Source: the human T2T-CHM13v2.0 reference genome, Homo sapiens
NCBI RefSeq assembly: GCF_009914755.1
Contig: NC_060925.1
Direction: 5' to 3' (one strand)
Length of the DNA stretch: 64,000 nucleotides
Below, one piece after another: positions 15,795 through 31,781 of this stretch. Every line of letters begins with the position of its first letter. The stretch's first letter is position 1. The notes beneath the pieces were generated by a model, which made no database searches, had not been told where the DNA came from, and worked only from the letters and a program-made list of their open reading frames with translations. The translations under genes and the position numbers were made by a program.

Positions 15795-18700
15795 AATGAA
15801 CTCGAATGGAATCATCATTGAATGGAATCGAATGGAATCATCGAGTGGAATCGAATGGAATTATGATCAAATGGAATCGAATGTAATCATCATCAAATGG
15901 AATCAAAAATAACCATCATCAATTGGTATTGAATGGAATTGTCATCAAATGGAATTCAAAGGAATCATCATCAAATGGAACCGAATGGAATCCTCATTGA
16001 ATGGAAATGAAAGGGGTCATCATCTAATGGAATCGCATGGAATCATCATCAAATGGAATCGAATGGAATCATCATCAAATGGAATCTAATGGAATCATTG
16101 AAAAGAATTGAATGGAATCGTCATCGAATGAATTGAATGCAATCATCGAATGGTCTCGAATGGAATCATCTTCTAATGGAAAGGAATGGAATCATCGCAT
16201 AGAATCGAATGGAATTATCATCGAATGGAATCGAATGGTATCAACACCAAACGGAAAAAAACGGAATTATCGAATGGAATCGAAGAGAATCTTCGAACGG
16301 ACCCGAATGGAATCATCTAATGGAATGGAATGGAATAATCCATGGACTCGAATGCAATCATCATCGAATGGAATCGAATGGAATCATCGAATGGACTCGA
16401 ATGGAATAATCATTGAACGGAATCGAATGGAATCATCATCGGATGGAAACGAATGGAATCATCATCGAATGGAAATGAAGGGAATCATCATCTAATGGAA
16501 TTGCATGGAATCATCATAAAATGGAATCGAATGGAATCAACATCAAATCGAATCAAACGGAATCATTGAACGGAATTGAATGGAATCGTCATCGAATGAA
16601 TTGACTGCAATCATCGAATGGTCTCGAATGGAATCATCTTCAAATGGAATGGAATGGAATCATCGCATAGAATCGAATGGAATTATCACCGAAAGCAATC
16701 GAATGGAATCAACATCCAACGGAAAAAAACGGAATTATCGAATGGAATCGAAGAGAATCATCGAATGGACCCGAATGGAATCATCTAATGGAATGGAATG
16801 GAATAATCCATGGACTCGAATGCAATCATCATCGAATGGAATCGAATGGAATCATCGAATGGACTTGAATGGAATAATCATTGAACGGAATAGAATGGAA
16901 TCATCATCGGATGGAAATGAATGGAATCATCATCGAATGGAATCGAATAGAATTATGGAATGAAATCCAGTGTGATGATCATCATCGAATGGACCCGAAT
17001 GGAATCATCATCCAACGGAAGCTAATGGAATCAACATCGAATGAATCAAATGGAAACACCATCGAATTGAAACGAATGGAATTATCATGAAATTGAAATG
17101 GATGGACTCATCATCGAATGGATTCGAAAGGAATCATCGAATAAAATTGATTGAAATCATCATCGAATGGAATCGAATGGTATCATTGAATGGAATCGAA
17201 TGGAATCATCATCAGATGGAAATGAATGGAATCGTCATAGAATGGAATCGAATGGATTCATTGAATGGAATCAGATGGAATCATCGAATGGACTGGAATG
17301 GAATCATTGAATGGACTCGAAAGGGATCATGATTGAATGGAATTGAATGGAATCATCGAATGGTCTCGATTGGAATCATTATCAAATGGAATCGAATGGA
17401 ATCACCGAATAGAATCGAATGGAACAATCATCGAATGGACTCAAATGGAATTATCCTCCAATGGAATCGAATGGAATTATCGAATGCAATCGAATGGAAT
17501 TATCGAATGCAATCGAATAGAATCATCGAATGGACTCGAATGGAATCATCGAATGGAATGGAATGGAACAGTCAATGAACTCGAATGGAATCATCATTGA
17601 ATGGAATCGAATGGAATCATCGAGTGGAATCGAATGGAATTATGATCAAATGGAATCGAATGTAATCATCATCAAATGGAATCAAAAATAACCATCATCA
17701 ATTGGTATTGAATGGAATTGTCATCAAATGGAATTCAAAGGAATCAATATCAAATGGAACCGAATGGAATCCTCATTGAATGGAAATGAAAGGGGTCATC
17801 ATCTAATGGAATCGCATGGAATCATCATCAAATGGAATCGAATGGAATCATCATCAAATGGAATCTAATGGAATCATTGAACAGAATTGAATGGAATCGT
17901 CATCGAATGAATTGAATGCAATCATCGAATGGTCTCGAATGGAATCATCTTCTAATGGAAAGGAATGGAATCATCGCATAGAATCGAATGGAATTATCAT
18001 CGAATGGAATCGAATGGTATCAACACCAAACGGAAAAAAACGGAATTATCGAATGGAATCGAAGAGAATCTTCGAACGGACCCGAATGGAATCATCTAAT
18101 GGAATGGAATGGAATAATCCATGGACTCGAATGCAATCATCATCGAATGGAATGGAATGGAATCATCGAATGGACTCGAATGGAATAATCATTGAACGGA
18201 ATCGAATGGAATCATCATCGGATGGAAACGAATGGAATCATCATCGAATGGAAATGAAAGGAGTCATCATCTAATGGAATTGCATGGAATCATCATAAAA
18301 TGGAATCGAATGGAATCAACATCAAATGGAATCAAAAGGAATCATTGAACGGAATTGAATGGAATCGTCATCGAATGAATTGACTGCAATCATCCAATGG
18401 TCTCGAATGGAATCATCTTCAAATGGAATGGAATGGAATCATCGCATAGAATCGAATGGAATTATCATCGAATGGAATCGAATGGAATCAACATCAAACG
18501 GAAAAAAACGGAATTATCGAATGGAATCGAAGAGAATCATCGAATGGACCCGAATGGAATCATCTAATGGAATGGAATGGAATAATCCATGGACTCGAAT
18601 GCAATCATCATCGAATGGAATCGAATGGAATCATCGAATGGACTCGAATGGAATAATCATTGAACGGAATCGAATGGAATCATCATCGGATGGAAATGAA

Positions 18701-20638
18701 TGGAATCATCATCGAATGGAATCGAATAGAATTATGGAATGAAATCCAGTGTGATCATCATCGAATGGACCCGAATGGAATCATCATCCAACGGAAGCTA
18801 ATGGAATCAACATCGAATGAATCGAATGGAAACACCATCGAATTGAAACGAATGGAATTATCATGAAATTGAAATGGATGGACTCATCATCGAATGGATT
18901 CGAATGGAATCATCGAATAAAATTGATTGAAATCATCATCGAATGGAATCGAATGGTATCATTGAATGGAATCGAATGAAATCATCATCAGATGGAAATG
19001 AATGGAATCGTCATAGATTGGAATCGAATGGTTTCATTGAATGGAATCAGATGGAATCATCGAATGGACTGGAATGGAATCATTGAATGGACTCGAAAGG
19101 GATCATGATTGAATGGAATTGAATGGAATCATCGAATGGTCTCGATTGGAATCATTATCAAATGGAATCGAATGGAATCACCGAATAGAATCGAATGGAA
19201 CAATCATCGAATGGACTCAAATGGAATTATCCTCAAATGGAATCGAATGGAATTATCGAATGCAATCGAATGGAATTATCGAATGCAATCGAATAGAATC
19301 ATCGAATGGACTCGAATGGAATCATCGAATGGAATGGAATGGAACAGTCAATGAACACGAATGGAATCATCATTGAATGGAATCGAATGGAATCATCGAG
19401 TGGAATCGAATTGAATTATGATCAAATGGAATCGAATGTAATCATCATCAAATGGAATCAAAAATAACCATCATCAATTGCTATTGAATGGAATTGTCAT
19501 CAAATGGAATTCAAAGGAATCATCATCAAATGGAACCGAATGGAATCCTCATTGAATGGAAATGAAAGGGGTCATCATCTAATGGAATCGCATGGAATCA
19601 TCATCAAATGGAATCAAATGGAATCATCATCAAATGGAATCTAATGGAATCATTGAACAGAATTGAATGGAATCGTCATCGAATGAATTGAATGCAATCA
19701 TCGAATGGTCTCGAATGGAATCATCTTCTAATGGAAAGGAATGGAATCATCGCATAGAATCGAATGGAATTATCATCGAATGGAATCGAATGGTATCAAC
19801 ACCAAACGGAAAAAAACGGAATTATCGAATGGAATCGAAGAGAATCTTCGAACGGACCCGAATGGAATCATCTAATGGAATGGAATGGAATAATCCATGG
19901 ACTCGAATGCAATCATCATCGAATGGAATCGAATGGAATCATCGAATGGACTCGAATGGAATAATCATTGAACGGAATCGAATGGAATCATCATCGGATG
20001 GAAACGAATGGAATCATCATCGAATGGAAATGAAAGGAGTCATCATCTAATGCAATTGCATGGAATCATCATCAAATGGAATCGAATGGAATCAACATCA
20101 AATGGAATCTAATGGAATCATTGAACAGAATTGAATGGAATCGTCATCGAATGAATTGACTGCAATCATCGAATGGTCTCGAATGGAATCATCTTCAAAT
20201 GGAATGGAATGGAATCATCGCATAGAATCGAATGGAATTATCATCGAATGGAATCGAATGGAATCAACATCAAACGGAAAAAAACAGAATTATCGAATGG
20301 AATCGAAGAGAATCATCGCATGGACCCGAATGGAATCATCTAATGGAATGGAATGGAATAATGCATGGACTCGAATGCAATCATCATCGAATGGAATCGA
20401 ATGGAATCATCGAGTGGACTCGAATGGAATAATCATTGAACGGAATCGAATGGAATCATCATCGGATGGAAATGAATGGAATCATCATCGAATGGAATCG
20501 AATAGAATTATGGAATGAAATCCAGTGTGATCATCATCGAATGGACCCGAATGGAATCATCATCCAACGGAAGCTAATGGAATCAACATCGAATGAATCA
20601 AATGGAAACACCATCGAATTGAAACGAATGGAATTATC

Positions 20639-22414
20639 ATGAAATTGAAATGGATGGACTCATCATCGAATGGATTCGAATGGAATCATCGAATAAAATT
20701 GATTGAAATCATCATCGAATGGAATCGAATGGTATCATTGAATGGAATCGAATGGAATCATCATCAGATGGAAATGAATGGAATCGTCATAGAATGGAAT
20801 CGAATGGATTCATTGAATGGAATCAGATGGAATCATCGAATGGACTGGAATGGAATCATTGAATGGACTCGAAAGGGATCATGATTGAATGGAATTGAAT
20901 GGAATCATCGAATGGTCTCGATTGGAATCATTATCAAATGGAATCGAATGGAATCACCGAATAGAATCGAATGGAACAATCATCGAATGGACTCAAATGG
21001 AATTATCCTCCAATGGAATCGAATGGAATTATCGAATGCAATCGAATGGAATTATCGAATGCAATCGAATAGAATCATCGAATGGACTCGAATGGAATCA
21101 TCGAATGGAATGGAATGGAACAGTCAATGAACTCGAATGGAATCATCATTGAATGGAATCGAATGGAATCATCGAGTGGAATCGAATGGAATTATGATCA
21201 AATGGAATCGAATGTAATCATCATCAAATGGAATCAAAAATAACCATCATCAATTGGTATTGAATGGAATTGTCATCAAATGGAATTCAAAGGAATCATC
21301 ATCAAATGGAACCGAATGGAATCCTCATTGAATGGAAATGAAAGGGGTCATCATCTAATGGAATCGCATGGAATCATCATCAAATGGAATCGAATGGAAT
21401 CATCATCAAATGGAATCTAATGGAATCATTGAACAGAATTGAATGGAATCGTCATCGAATGAATTGAATGCAATCATCGAATGGTCTCGAATGGAATCAT
21501 CTTCTAATGGAAAGGAATGGAATCATCGCATAGAATCGAATGGAATTATCATCGAATGGAATCGAATGGTATCAACACCAAACGGAAAAAAACGGAATTA
21601 TCGAATGGAATCGAAGAGAATCTTCGAACGGACCCGAATGGAATCATCTAATGGAATGGAATGGAATAATCCATGGACTCGAATGCAATCATCATCGAAT
21701 GGAATCGAATGGAATCATCGAATGGACTCGAATGGAATAATCATTGAACGGAATCGAATGGAATCATCATCGGATGGAAACGAATGGAATCATCATCGAA
21801 TGGAAATGAAAGGAGTCATCATCTAATGGAATTGCATGGAATCATCATAAAATGGAATCGAATGGAATCAACATCAAATGGAATCAAATGGAATCATTGA
21901 ACGGAATTGAATGGAATCGTCATCGAATGAATTGACTGCAATCATCGAATGGTCTCGAATGGAATCATCTTCAAATGGAATGGAATGGAATCATCGCATA
22001 GAAGCGAATGGAATTATCATCGAATGGAATCGAATGGAATCAACATCCAACGGAAAAAAACGGAATTATCGAATGGAATCGAAGAGAATCATCGAATGGA
22101 CCCGAATGGAATCATCTAATGGAATGGAATGGAATAATCCATGGACTCGAATGCAATCATCATCGAATGGAATCGAATGGAATCATCGAATGGACTCGAA
22201 TGGAATAATCATTGAACGGAATCGAATGGAATCATCATCGGATGGAAATGAATGGAATCATCATCGAATGGAATCGAATAGAATTATGGAATGAAATCCA
22301 GTGTGATCATCATCGAATGGACCCGAATGGAATCATCATCCAACGGAAGCTAATGGAATCAACATCGAATGAATCAAATGGAAACACCATCGAATTGAAA
22401 CGAATGGAATTATC
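20639..22414. repeat. Representative canonical 1,776-bp monomer
   Basis: Landmark-to-landmark interval inside a run of eight consecutive exact 1,776-bp units (17087-31294). Confidence 0.95.
21305..22272. repeat. Internal ~468-bp tandem sub-repeat (sub-units a and b) present in each canonical monomer; example copy
   Basis: ATGGAATCGTCATCGAATGAATTG occurs at 21443 and 21911, and CGGAAAAAAACGG occurs twice per unit, 468 bp apart. Sub-unit a carries TCTAATGGAAAGG, GGTATCAACACC and CTTCGAACGG; sub-unit b carries TCAAATGGAATGG, GGAATCAACATC and CATCGAATGG. Confidence 0.92.
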
Positions 22415-25400
22415 ATGAAATTGAAATGGATGGACTCATCATCGAATGGATTCGAATGGAATCATCGAATAAAATTGATTGAAATCATCATCGAATGGAA
22501 TCGAATGGTATCATTGAATGGAATCGAATGGAATCATCATCAGATGGAAATGAATGGAATCGTCATAGAATGGAATCGAATGGATTCATTGAATGGAATC
22601 AGATGGAATCATCGAATGGACTGGAATGGAATCATTGAATGGACTTGAAAGGGATCATGATTCAATGGAATTGAATGGAATCATCGAATGGTCTCGATTG
22701 GAATCATTATCAAATGGAATCGAATGGAATCACCGAATAGAATCGAATGGAACAATCATCGAATGGACTCAAATGGAATTATCCTCAAATGGAATCGAAT
22801 GGAATTATCGAATGCAATCGAATGGAATTATCGAATGCAATCGAATAGAATCATCGAATGGACTCGAATGGAATCATCGAATGGAATGGAATGGAACAGT
22901 CAATGAACTCGAATGGAATCATCATTGAATGGAATCGAATGGAATCATCAAGTGGAATCGAATGGAATTATGATCAAATGGAATCGAATGTAATCATCAT
23001 CAAATGGAATCAAAAATAACCATCATCAATTGGTATTCAATGGAATTGTCATCAAATGGAATTCAAAGGAATCATCATCAAATGGAACCGAATGGAATCC
23101 TCATTGAATGGAAATGAAAGGGGTCATCATCTAATGGAATCACATGGAATCATCATCAAATGGAATCGAATGGAATCTTCATCAAATGGAATCTAATGGA
23201 ATCATTGAACAGAATTGAATGGAATCGTCATCGAATGAATTGAATGCAATCATCGAATGGTCTCGAATGGAATCATCTTCTAATGGAAAGGAATGGAATC
23301 ATCGCATAGAATCGAATGGAATTATCATCGAATGGAATCGAATGGTATCAACACCAAACGGAAAAAAACGGAATTATCGAAAGGAATCGAAGAGAATCTT
23401 CGAACGGACCCGAATGGAATCATCTAATGGAATGGAATGGAATAATCCATGGACTCGAATGCAATCATCATCGAATGGAATCGAATGGAATCATCGAATG
23501 GACTCGAATGGAATAATCATTGAACGGAATCGAATGGAATCATCATCGGATGGAAACGAATGGAATCATCATCGAATGGAAATGAAAGGAGTCATCATCT
23601 AATGCAATTGCATGGAATCATCATCAAATGGAATCGAATGGAATCAACATCAAATGGAATCTAATGGAATCATTGAACAGAATTGAATGGAATCGTCATC
23701 GAATGAATTGACTGCAATCATCGAATGGTCTCGAATGGAATCATCTTCAAATGGAATGGAATGGAATCATCGCATAGAATCGAATGGAATTATCATCGAA
23801 TGGAATCGAATGGAATCAACATCAAACGGAAAAAAACGGAATTATCGAATGGAATCGAAGAGAATCATCGAATGGACCCGAATGGAATCATCTAATGGAA
23901 TGGAATGGAATAATCCATGGACTCGAATGCAATCATCATCGAATGGAATCGAATGGAATCATCGAATGGACTCGAATGGAATAATCATTGAACGGAATCG
24001 AATGGAATCATCATCGGATGGAAATGAATGGAATCATCATCGAATGGAATCGAATAGAATTATGGAATGAAATCCAGTGTGATCATCATCGAATGGACCC
24101 GAATGGAATCATCATCCAACGGAAGCTAATGGAATCAACATCGAATGAATCGAATGGAAACACCATCGAATTGAAACGAATGGAATTATCATGAAATTGA
24201 AATGGATGGACTCATCATCGGATGGATTCGAATGGAATCATCGAATAAAATTGATTGAAATCATCATCCAATGGAATCGAATGGTATCATTGAATGGAAT
24301 CGAATGGAATCATCATCAGATGGAAATGAATGGAATCGTCATAGAATGGAATCGAATGGATTCATTGAATGGAATCAGATGGAATCATCGAATGGACTGG
24401 AATGGAATCATTGAATGGACTCGAAAGGGATCATGATTGAATGGAATTGAATGGAATCATCGAATGGTCTCGATTGGAATCATTATCAAATGGAATCGAA
24501 TGGAATCACCGAATAGAATCGAATGGAACAATCATCGAATGGACTCAAATGGAATTATCCTCAAATGGAATCGAATGGAATTATCGAATGCAATCGAATG
24601 GAATTATCGAATGCAATCGAATAGAATCATCGAATGGACTCGAATGGAATCATCGAATGGAATGGAATGGAACAGTCAATGAACTCGAATGGAATCATCA
24701 TTGAATGGAATCGAATGGAATCATCGAGTGGAATCGAATGGAATTATGATCAAATGCAATCGAATGTAATCCTCATCAAATGGAATCAAAAATAACCATC
24801 ATCAATTGGTATTGAATGGAATTGTCATCAAATGGAATTCAAAGGAATCATCATCAAATGGAACCGAATGGAATCCTCATTGAATGGAAATGAAAGGGGT
24901 CATCATCTAATGGAATCGCATGGAATCATCATCAAATGGAATCGAATGGAATCATCATCAAATGGAATCTAATGGAATCATTGAACAGAATTGAATGGAA
25001 TCGTCATCGAATGAATTGAATGCAATCATCGAATGGTCTCGAATGGAATCATCTTCTAATGGAAAGGAATGGAATCATCGCATAGAATCGAATGGAATTA
25101 TCATCGAATGGAATCGAATGGTATCAACACCAAACGGAAAAAAACGGAATTATCGAATGGAATCGAAGAGAATCTTCGAACGGACCCGAATGGAATCATC
25201 TAATGGAATGGAATGGAATAATCCATGGACTCGAATGCAATCATCATCGAATGGAATCGAATGGAATCATCGAATGGACTCGAATGGAATAATCATTGAA
25301 CGGAATCGAATGGAATCATCATCGGATGGAAACGAATGGAATCATCATCGAATGGAAATGAAAGGAGTCATCATCTAATGGAATTGCATGGAATCATCAT

Positions 25401-28400
25401 AAAATGGAATCGAATGGAATCAACATCAAATGGAATCAAATGGAATCATTGAACGGAATTGAATGGAATCGTCATCGAATGAATTGACTGCAATCATCGA
25501 ATGGTCTCGAATGGAATCATCTTCAAATGGAATGGAATGGAATCATCGCATACAATCGAATGGAATTATCATCGAATGGAATCGAATGGAATCAACATCC
25601 AACGGAAAAAAACGGAATTATCGAATGGAATCGAAGAGAATCATCGAATGGACCCGAATGGAATCATCTAATGGAATGGAATGGAATAATCCATGGACTC
25701 GAATGCAATCATCATCGAATGGAATCGAATGGAATCATCGAATGGACTCGAATGGAATAATCATTGAACGGAATCGAATGGAATCGTCATCGGATGGAAA
25801 TGAATGGAATCATCATCGAATGGAATCGAATAGAATTATGGAATGAAATCCAGTGTGATCATCATCGAATGGACCCGAATGGAATCATCATCCAACGGAA
25901 GCTAATGGAATCAACATCGAATGAATCGAATGGAAACACCATCGAATTGAAACGAATGGAATTACCATGAAATTGAAATGGATGGACTCATCATCGAATG
26001 GATTCGAATGGAATCATCGAATAAAATTGATTGAAATCATCATCGAATGGTATCGAATGGTATCATTGAATGGAATCGAATGGAATCATCCTCAGATGGA
26101 AATGAATGGAATCGTCATAGAATGGAATCGAATGGATTCATTGAATGGAATCAGATGGAATCATCGAATGGACTGGAATGGAATCATTGAATGGACTCGA
26201 AAGGGATCATGATTGAATGGAATTGAATGGAATCATCGAATGGTCTCGATTGGAATCATTATCAAATGGAATCGAATGGAATCACCGAATAGAATCGAAT
26301 GGAACAATCATCGAATGGACTCAAATGGAATTATCCTCAAATGGAATCGAATGGAATTATCGAATGCAATCGAATGGAATTATCGAATGCAATCGAATAG
26401 AATCATCGAATGGACTCGAATGGAATCATCGAATGGAATGGAATGGAACAGTCAATGAACTCGAATGGAATCATCATTGAATGGAATCGAATGGAATCAT
26501 CGAGTGGAATCGAATGGAATTATGATCAAATGCAATCGAATGTAATCATCATCAAATGGAATCAAAAATAACCATCATCAATTGGTATTGAATGGAATTG
26601 TCATCAAATGGAATTCAAAGGAATCATCATCAAATGGAACCGAATGGAATCCTCATTGAATGGAAATGAAAGGGGTCATCATCTAATGGAATCGCATGGA
26701 ATCATCATAAAATGGAATCGAATGGAATCAACATCAAATGGAATCAAATGGAATCATTGAACGGAATTGAATGGAATCGTCATCGAATGAATTGGATGCA
26801 ATCATCGAATGGTCTCGAATGGAATCTTCTTCAAATGGAATGGAATGGAATCATCGCATAGAATCGAATGGAATTATCATCAAATGGAATCGAATGGAAT
26901 CAACATCAAACGGAAAAAAACGGAATTATCGAATGGAACCGAAGAGAATCATCGAATGGACCCGAATGGAATCATCTAATAGAATGGAATGGAATAATCC
27001 ATGGACTCGAATGCAATCATCATCGAATGGAATCGAATGGAATCATCGAATGGACTCGAATGGAATAATCATTGAACGGAATCGATTGGAATCATCATCG
27101 GATGGAAACGAATGGAATCATCATCGAATGGAAATGAAAGGAGTCATCATCTAATGGAATTGCATGGAATCATCATAAAATGGAATCGAATGGAATCAAC
27201 ATCAAATGGAATCAAATGGAATCATTGAACGGAATTGAATGGAATCGTCATCGAATGAATTGACTGCAATCATCCAATGGTCTCGAATGGAATCATCTTC
27301 AAATGGAATGGAATGGAATCATCGCATAGAAGCGAATGGAATTATCATCGAATGGAATCGAATGGAATCAACATCCAACGGAAAAAAACGGAATTATCGA
27401 ATGGAATCGAAGAGAATCATCGAATGGACCCGAATGGAATCATCTAATGGAATGGAATGGAATAATCCATGGACTCGAATGCAATCATCATCGAATGGAA
27501 TCGAATGGAATCATCGAATGGACTCGAATGGAATAATCATTGAACGGAATCGAATGGAATCATCATCGGATGGAAATGAATGGAATCATCATCGAATGGA
27601 ATCGAATAGAATTATGGAATGAAATCCAGTGTGATCATCATCGAATGGACCCGAATGGAATCATCATCCAACGGAAGCTAATGGAATCAACATCGAATGA
27701 ATCAAATGGAAACACCATCGAATTGAAACGAATGGAATTATCATGAAATTGAAATGGATGGACTCATCATCGAATGGATTCGAAAGGAATCATCGAATAA
27801 AATTGATTGAAATCATCATCGAATGGAATCGAATGGTATCATTGAATGGAATCGAATGGAATCATCATCAGATGGAAATGAATGGAATCGTCATAGAATG
27901 GAATCGAATGGATTCATTGAATGGAATCAGATGGAATCATCGAATGGACTGGAATGGAATCATTGAATGGACTCGAAAGGGATCATGATTGAATGGAATT
28001 GAATGGAATCATCGAATGGTCTCGATTGGAATCATTATCAAATGGAATCGAATGGAATCACCGAATAGAATCGAATGGAACAATCATCGAATGGACTCAA
28101 ATGGAATTATCCTCCAATGGAATCGAATGGAATTATCGAATGCAATCGAATGGAATTATCGAATGCAATCGAATAGAATCATCGAATGGACTCGAATGGA
28201 ATCATCGAATGGAATGGAATGGAACAGTCAATGAACTCGAATGGAATCATCATTGAATGGAATCGAATGGAATCATCGAGTGGAATCGAATGGAATTATG
28301 ATCAAATGGAATCGAATGTAATCATCATCAAATGGAATCAAAAATAACCATCATCAATTGGTATTGAATGGAATTGTCATCAAATGGAATTCAAAGGAAT

Positions 28401-31400
28401 CAATATCAAATGGAACCGAATGGAATCCTCATTGAATGGAAATGAAAGGGGTCATCATCTAATGGAATCGCATGGAATCATCATCAAATGGAATCGAATG
28501 GAATCATCATCAAATGGAATCTAATGGAATCATTGAACAGAATTGAATGGAATCGTCATCGAATGAATTGAATGCAATCATCGAATGGTCTCGAATGGAA
28601 TCATCTTCTAATGGAAAGGAATGGAATCATCGCATAGAATCGAATGGAATTATCATCGAATGGAATCGAATGGTATCAACACCAAACGGAAAAAAACGGA
28701 ATTATCGAATGGAATCGAAGAGAATCTTCGAACGGACCCGAATGGAATCATCTAATGGAATGGAATGGAATAATCCATGGACTCGAATGCAATCATCATC
28801 GAATGGAATCGAATGGAACCATCGAATGGACTCGAATGGAATAATCATTGAACGGAATCGAATGGAATCATCATCGGATGGAAACGAATGGAATCATCAT
28901 CGAATGGAAATGAAAGGAGTCATCATCTAATGGAATTGCATGGAATCATCATAAAATGGAATCGAATGGAATCAACATCAAATGGAATCAAATGGAATCA
29001 TTGAACGGAATTGAATGGAATCGTCATCGAATGAATTGACTGCAATCATCCAATGGTCTCGAATGGAATCATCTTCAAATGGAATGGAATGGAATCATCG
29101 CATAGAATCGAATGGAATTATCATCGAATGGAATCGAATGGAATCAACATCAAACGGAAAAAAACGGAATTATCGAATGGAATCGAAGAGAATCATCGAA
29201 TGGACCCGAATGGAATCATCTAATGGAATGGAATGGAATAATCCATGGACTCGAATGCAATCATCATCGAATGGAATCGAATGGAATCATCGAATGGACT
29301 CGAATGGAATAATCATTGAACGGAATCGAATGGAATCATCATCGGATGGAAATGAATGGAATCATCATCGAATGGAATCGAATAGAATTATGGAATGAAA
29401 TCCAGTGTGATCATCATCGAATGGACCCGAATGGAATCATCATCCAACGGAAGCTAATGGAATCAACATCGAATGAATCGAATGGAAACACCATCGAATT
29501 GAAACGAATGGAATTATCATGAAATTGAAATAGATGGACTCATCATCGAATGGATTCGAATGGAATCATCGAATAAAATTGATTGAAATCATCATTGAAT
29601 GGAATCGAATGGTATCATTGAATGGAATCGAATGGAATCATCATCAGATGGAAATGAATGGAATCGTCATAGAATGGAATCGAATGGATTCATTGAATGG
29701 AATCAGATGGAATCATCGAATGGACTGGAATGGAATCATTGAATGGACTCGAAAGGGATCATGATTGAATGGAATTGAATGGAATCATCGAATGGTCTCG
29801 ATTGGAATCATTATCAAATGGAATCGAATGGAATCACCGAATAGAATCGAATGGAACAATCATCGAATGGACTCAAATGGAATTATCCTCAAATGGAATC
29901 GAATGGAATTATCGAATGCAATCGAATGGAATTTTCGAATGCAATCGAATAGAATCATCGAATGGACTCGAATGGAATCATCGAATGGAATGGAATGGAA
30001 CAGTCAATGAACACGAATGGAATCATCATTGAATGGAATCGAATGGAATCATCGAGTGGAATCGAATTGAATTATGATCAAATGGAATCGAATGTAATCA
30101 TCATCAAATGGAATCAAAAATAACCATCATCAATTGCTATTGAATGGAATTGTCATCAAATGGAATTCAAAGGAATCATCATCAAATGGAACCGAATGGA
30201 ATCCTCATTGAATGGAAATGAAAGGGGTCATCATCTAATGGAATCGCATGGAATCATCATCAAATGGAATCAAATGGAATCATCATCAAATGGAATCTAA
30301 TGGAATCATTGAACAGAATTGAATGGAATCGTCATCGAATGAATTGAATGCAATCATCGAATGGTCTCGAATGGAATCATCTTCTAATGGAAAGGAATGG
30401 AATCATCGCATAGAATCGAATGGAATTATCATCGAATGGAATCGAATGGTATCAACACCAAACGGAAAAAAACGGAATTATCGAATGGAATCGAAGAGAA
30501 TCTTCGAACGGACCCGAATGGAATCATCTAATGGAATGGAATGGAATAATCCATGGACTCGAATGCAATCATCATCGAATGGAATCGAATGGAATCATCG
30601 AATGGACTCGAATGGAATAATCATTGAACGGAATCGAATGGAATCATCATCGGATGGAAACGAATGGAATCATCATCGAATGGAAATGAAAGGAGTCATC
30701 ATCTAATGCAATTGCATGGAATCATCATCAAATGGAATCGAATGGAATCAACATCAAATGGAATCTAATGGAATCATTGAACAGAATTGAATGGAATCGT
30801 CATCGAATGAATTGACTGCAATCATCGAATGGTCTCGAATGGAATCATCTTCAAATGGAATGGAATGGAATCATCGCATAGAATCGAATGGAATTATCAT
30901 CGAATGGAATCGAATGGAATCAACATCAAACGGAAAAAAACAGAATTATCGAATGGAATCGAAGAGAATCATCGCATGGACCCGAATGGAATCATCTAAT
31001 GGAATGGAATGGAATAATCCATGGACTCGAATGCAATCATCATCGAATGGAATCGAATGGAATCATCGAGTGGACTCGAATGGAATAATCATTGAACGGA
31101 ATCGAATGGAATCATCATCGGATGGAAATGAATGGAATCATCATCGAATGGAATCGAATAGAATTATGGAATGAAATCCAGTGTGATCATCATCGAATGG
31201 ACCCGAATGGAATCATCATCCAACGGAAGCTAATGGAATCAACATCGAATGTATCAAATGGAAACACCATCGAATTGAAACGAATGGAATTATCATGAAA
31301 TTGAAATGGATGGACTCATCATCGAATGGATTCGAATGGAATCATCGAATAAAATTGATTGAAATCATCATCGAATGGAATCGAATGGTATCATTGAATG

Positions 31401-31781
31401 GAATCGAATGGAATCATCATCAGATGGAAATGAATGGAATCGTCATAGAATGGAATCGAATGGATTCATTGAATGGAATCAGATGGAATCATCGAATGGA
31501 CTGGAATGGAATCATTGAATGGACTCGAAAGGGATCATGATTGAATGGAATTGAATGGAATCATCGAATGGTCTCGATTGGAATCATTATCAAATGGAAT
31601 CGAATGGAATCACCGAATAGAATCGAATGGAACAATCATCGAATGGACTCAAATGGAATTATCCTCAAATGGAATCGAATGGAATTATCGAATGCAATCT
31701 AATGGAATTATCGAATGCAATCGAATAGAATCATCGAATGGACTCGAATGGAATCATCGAATGGAATGGAATGGAACAGTC

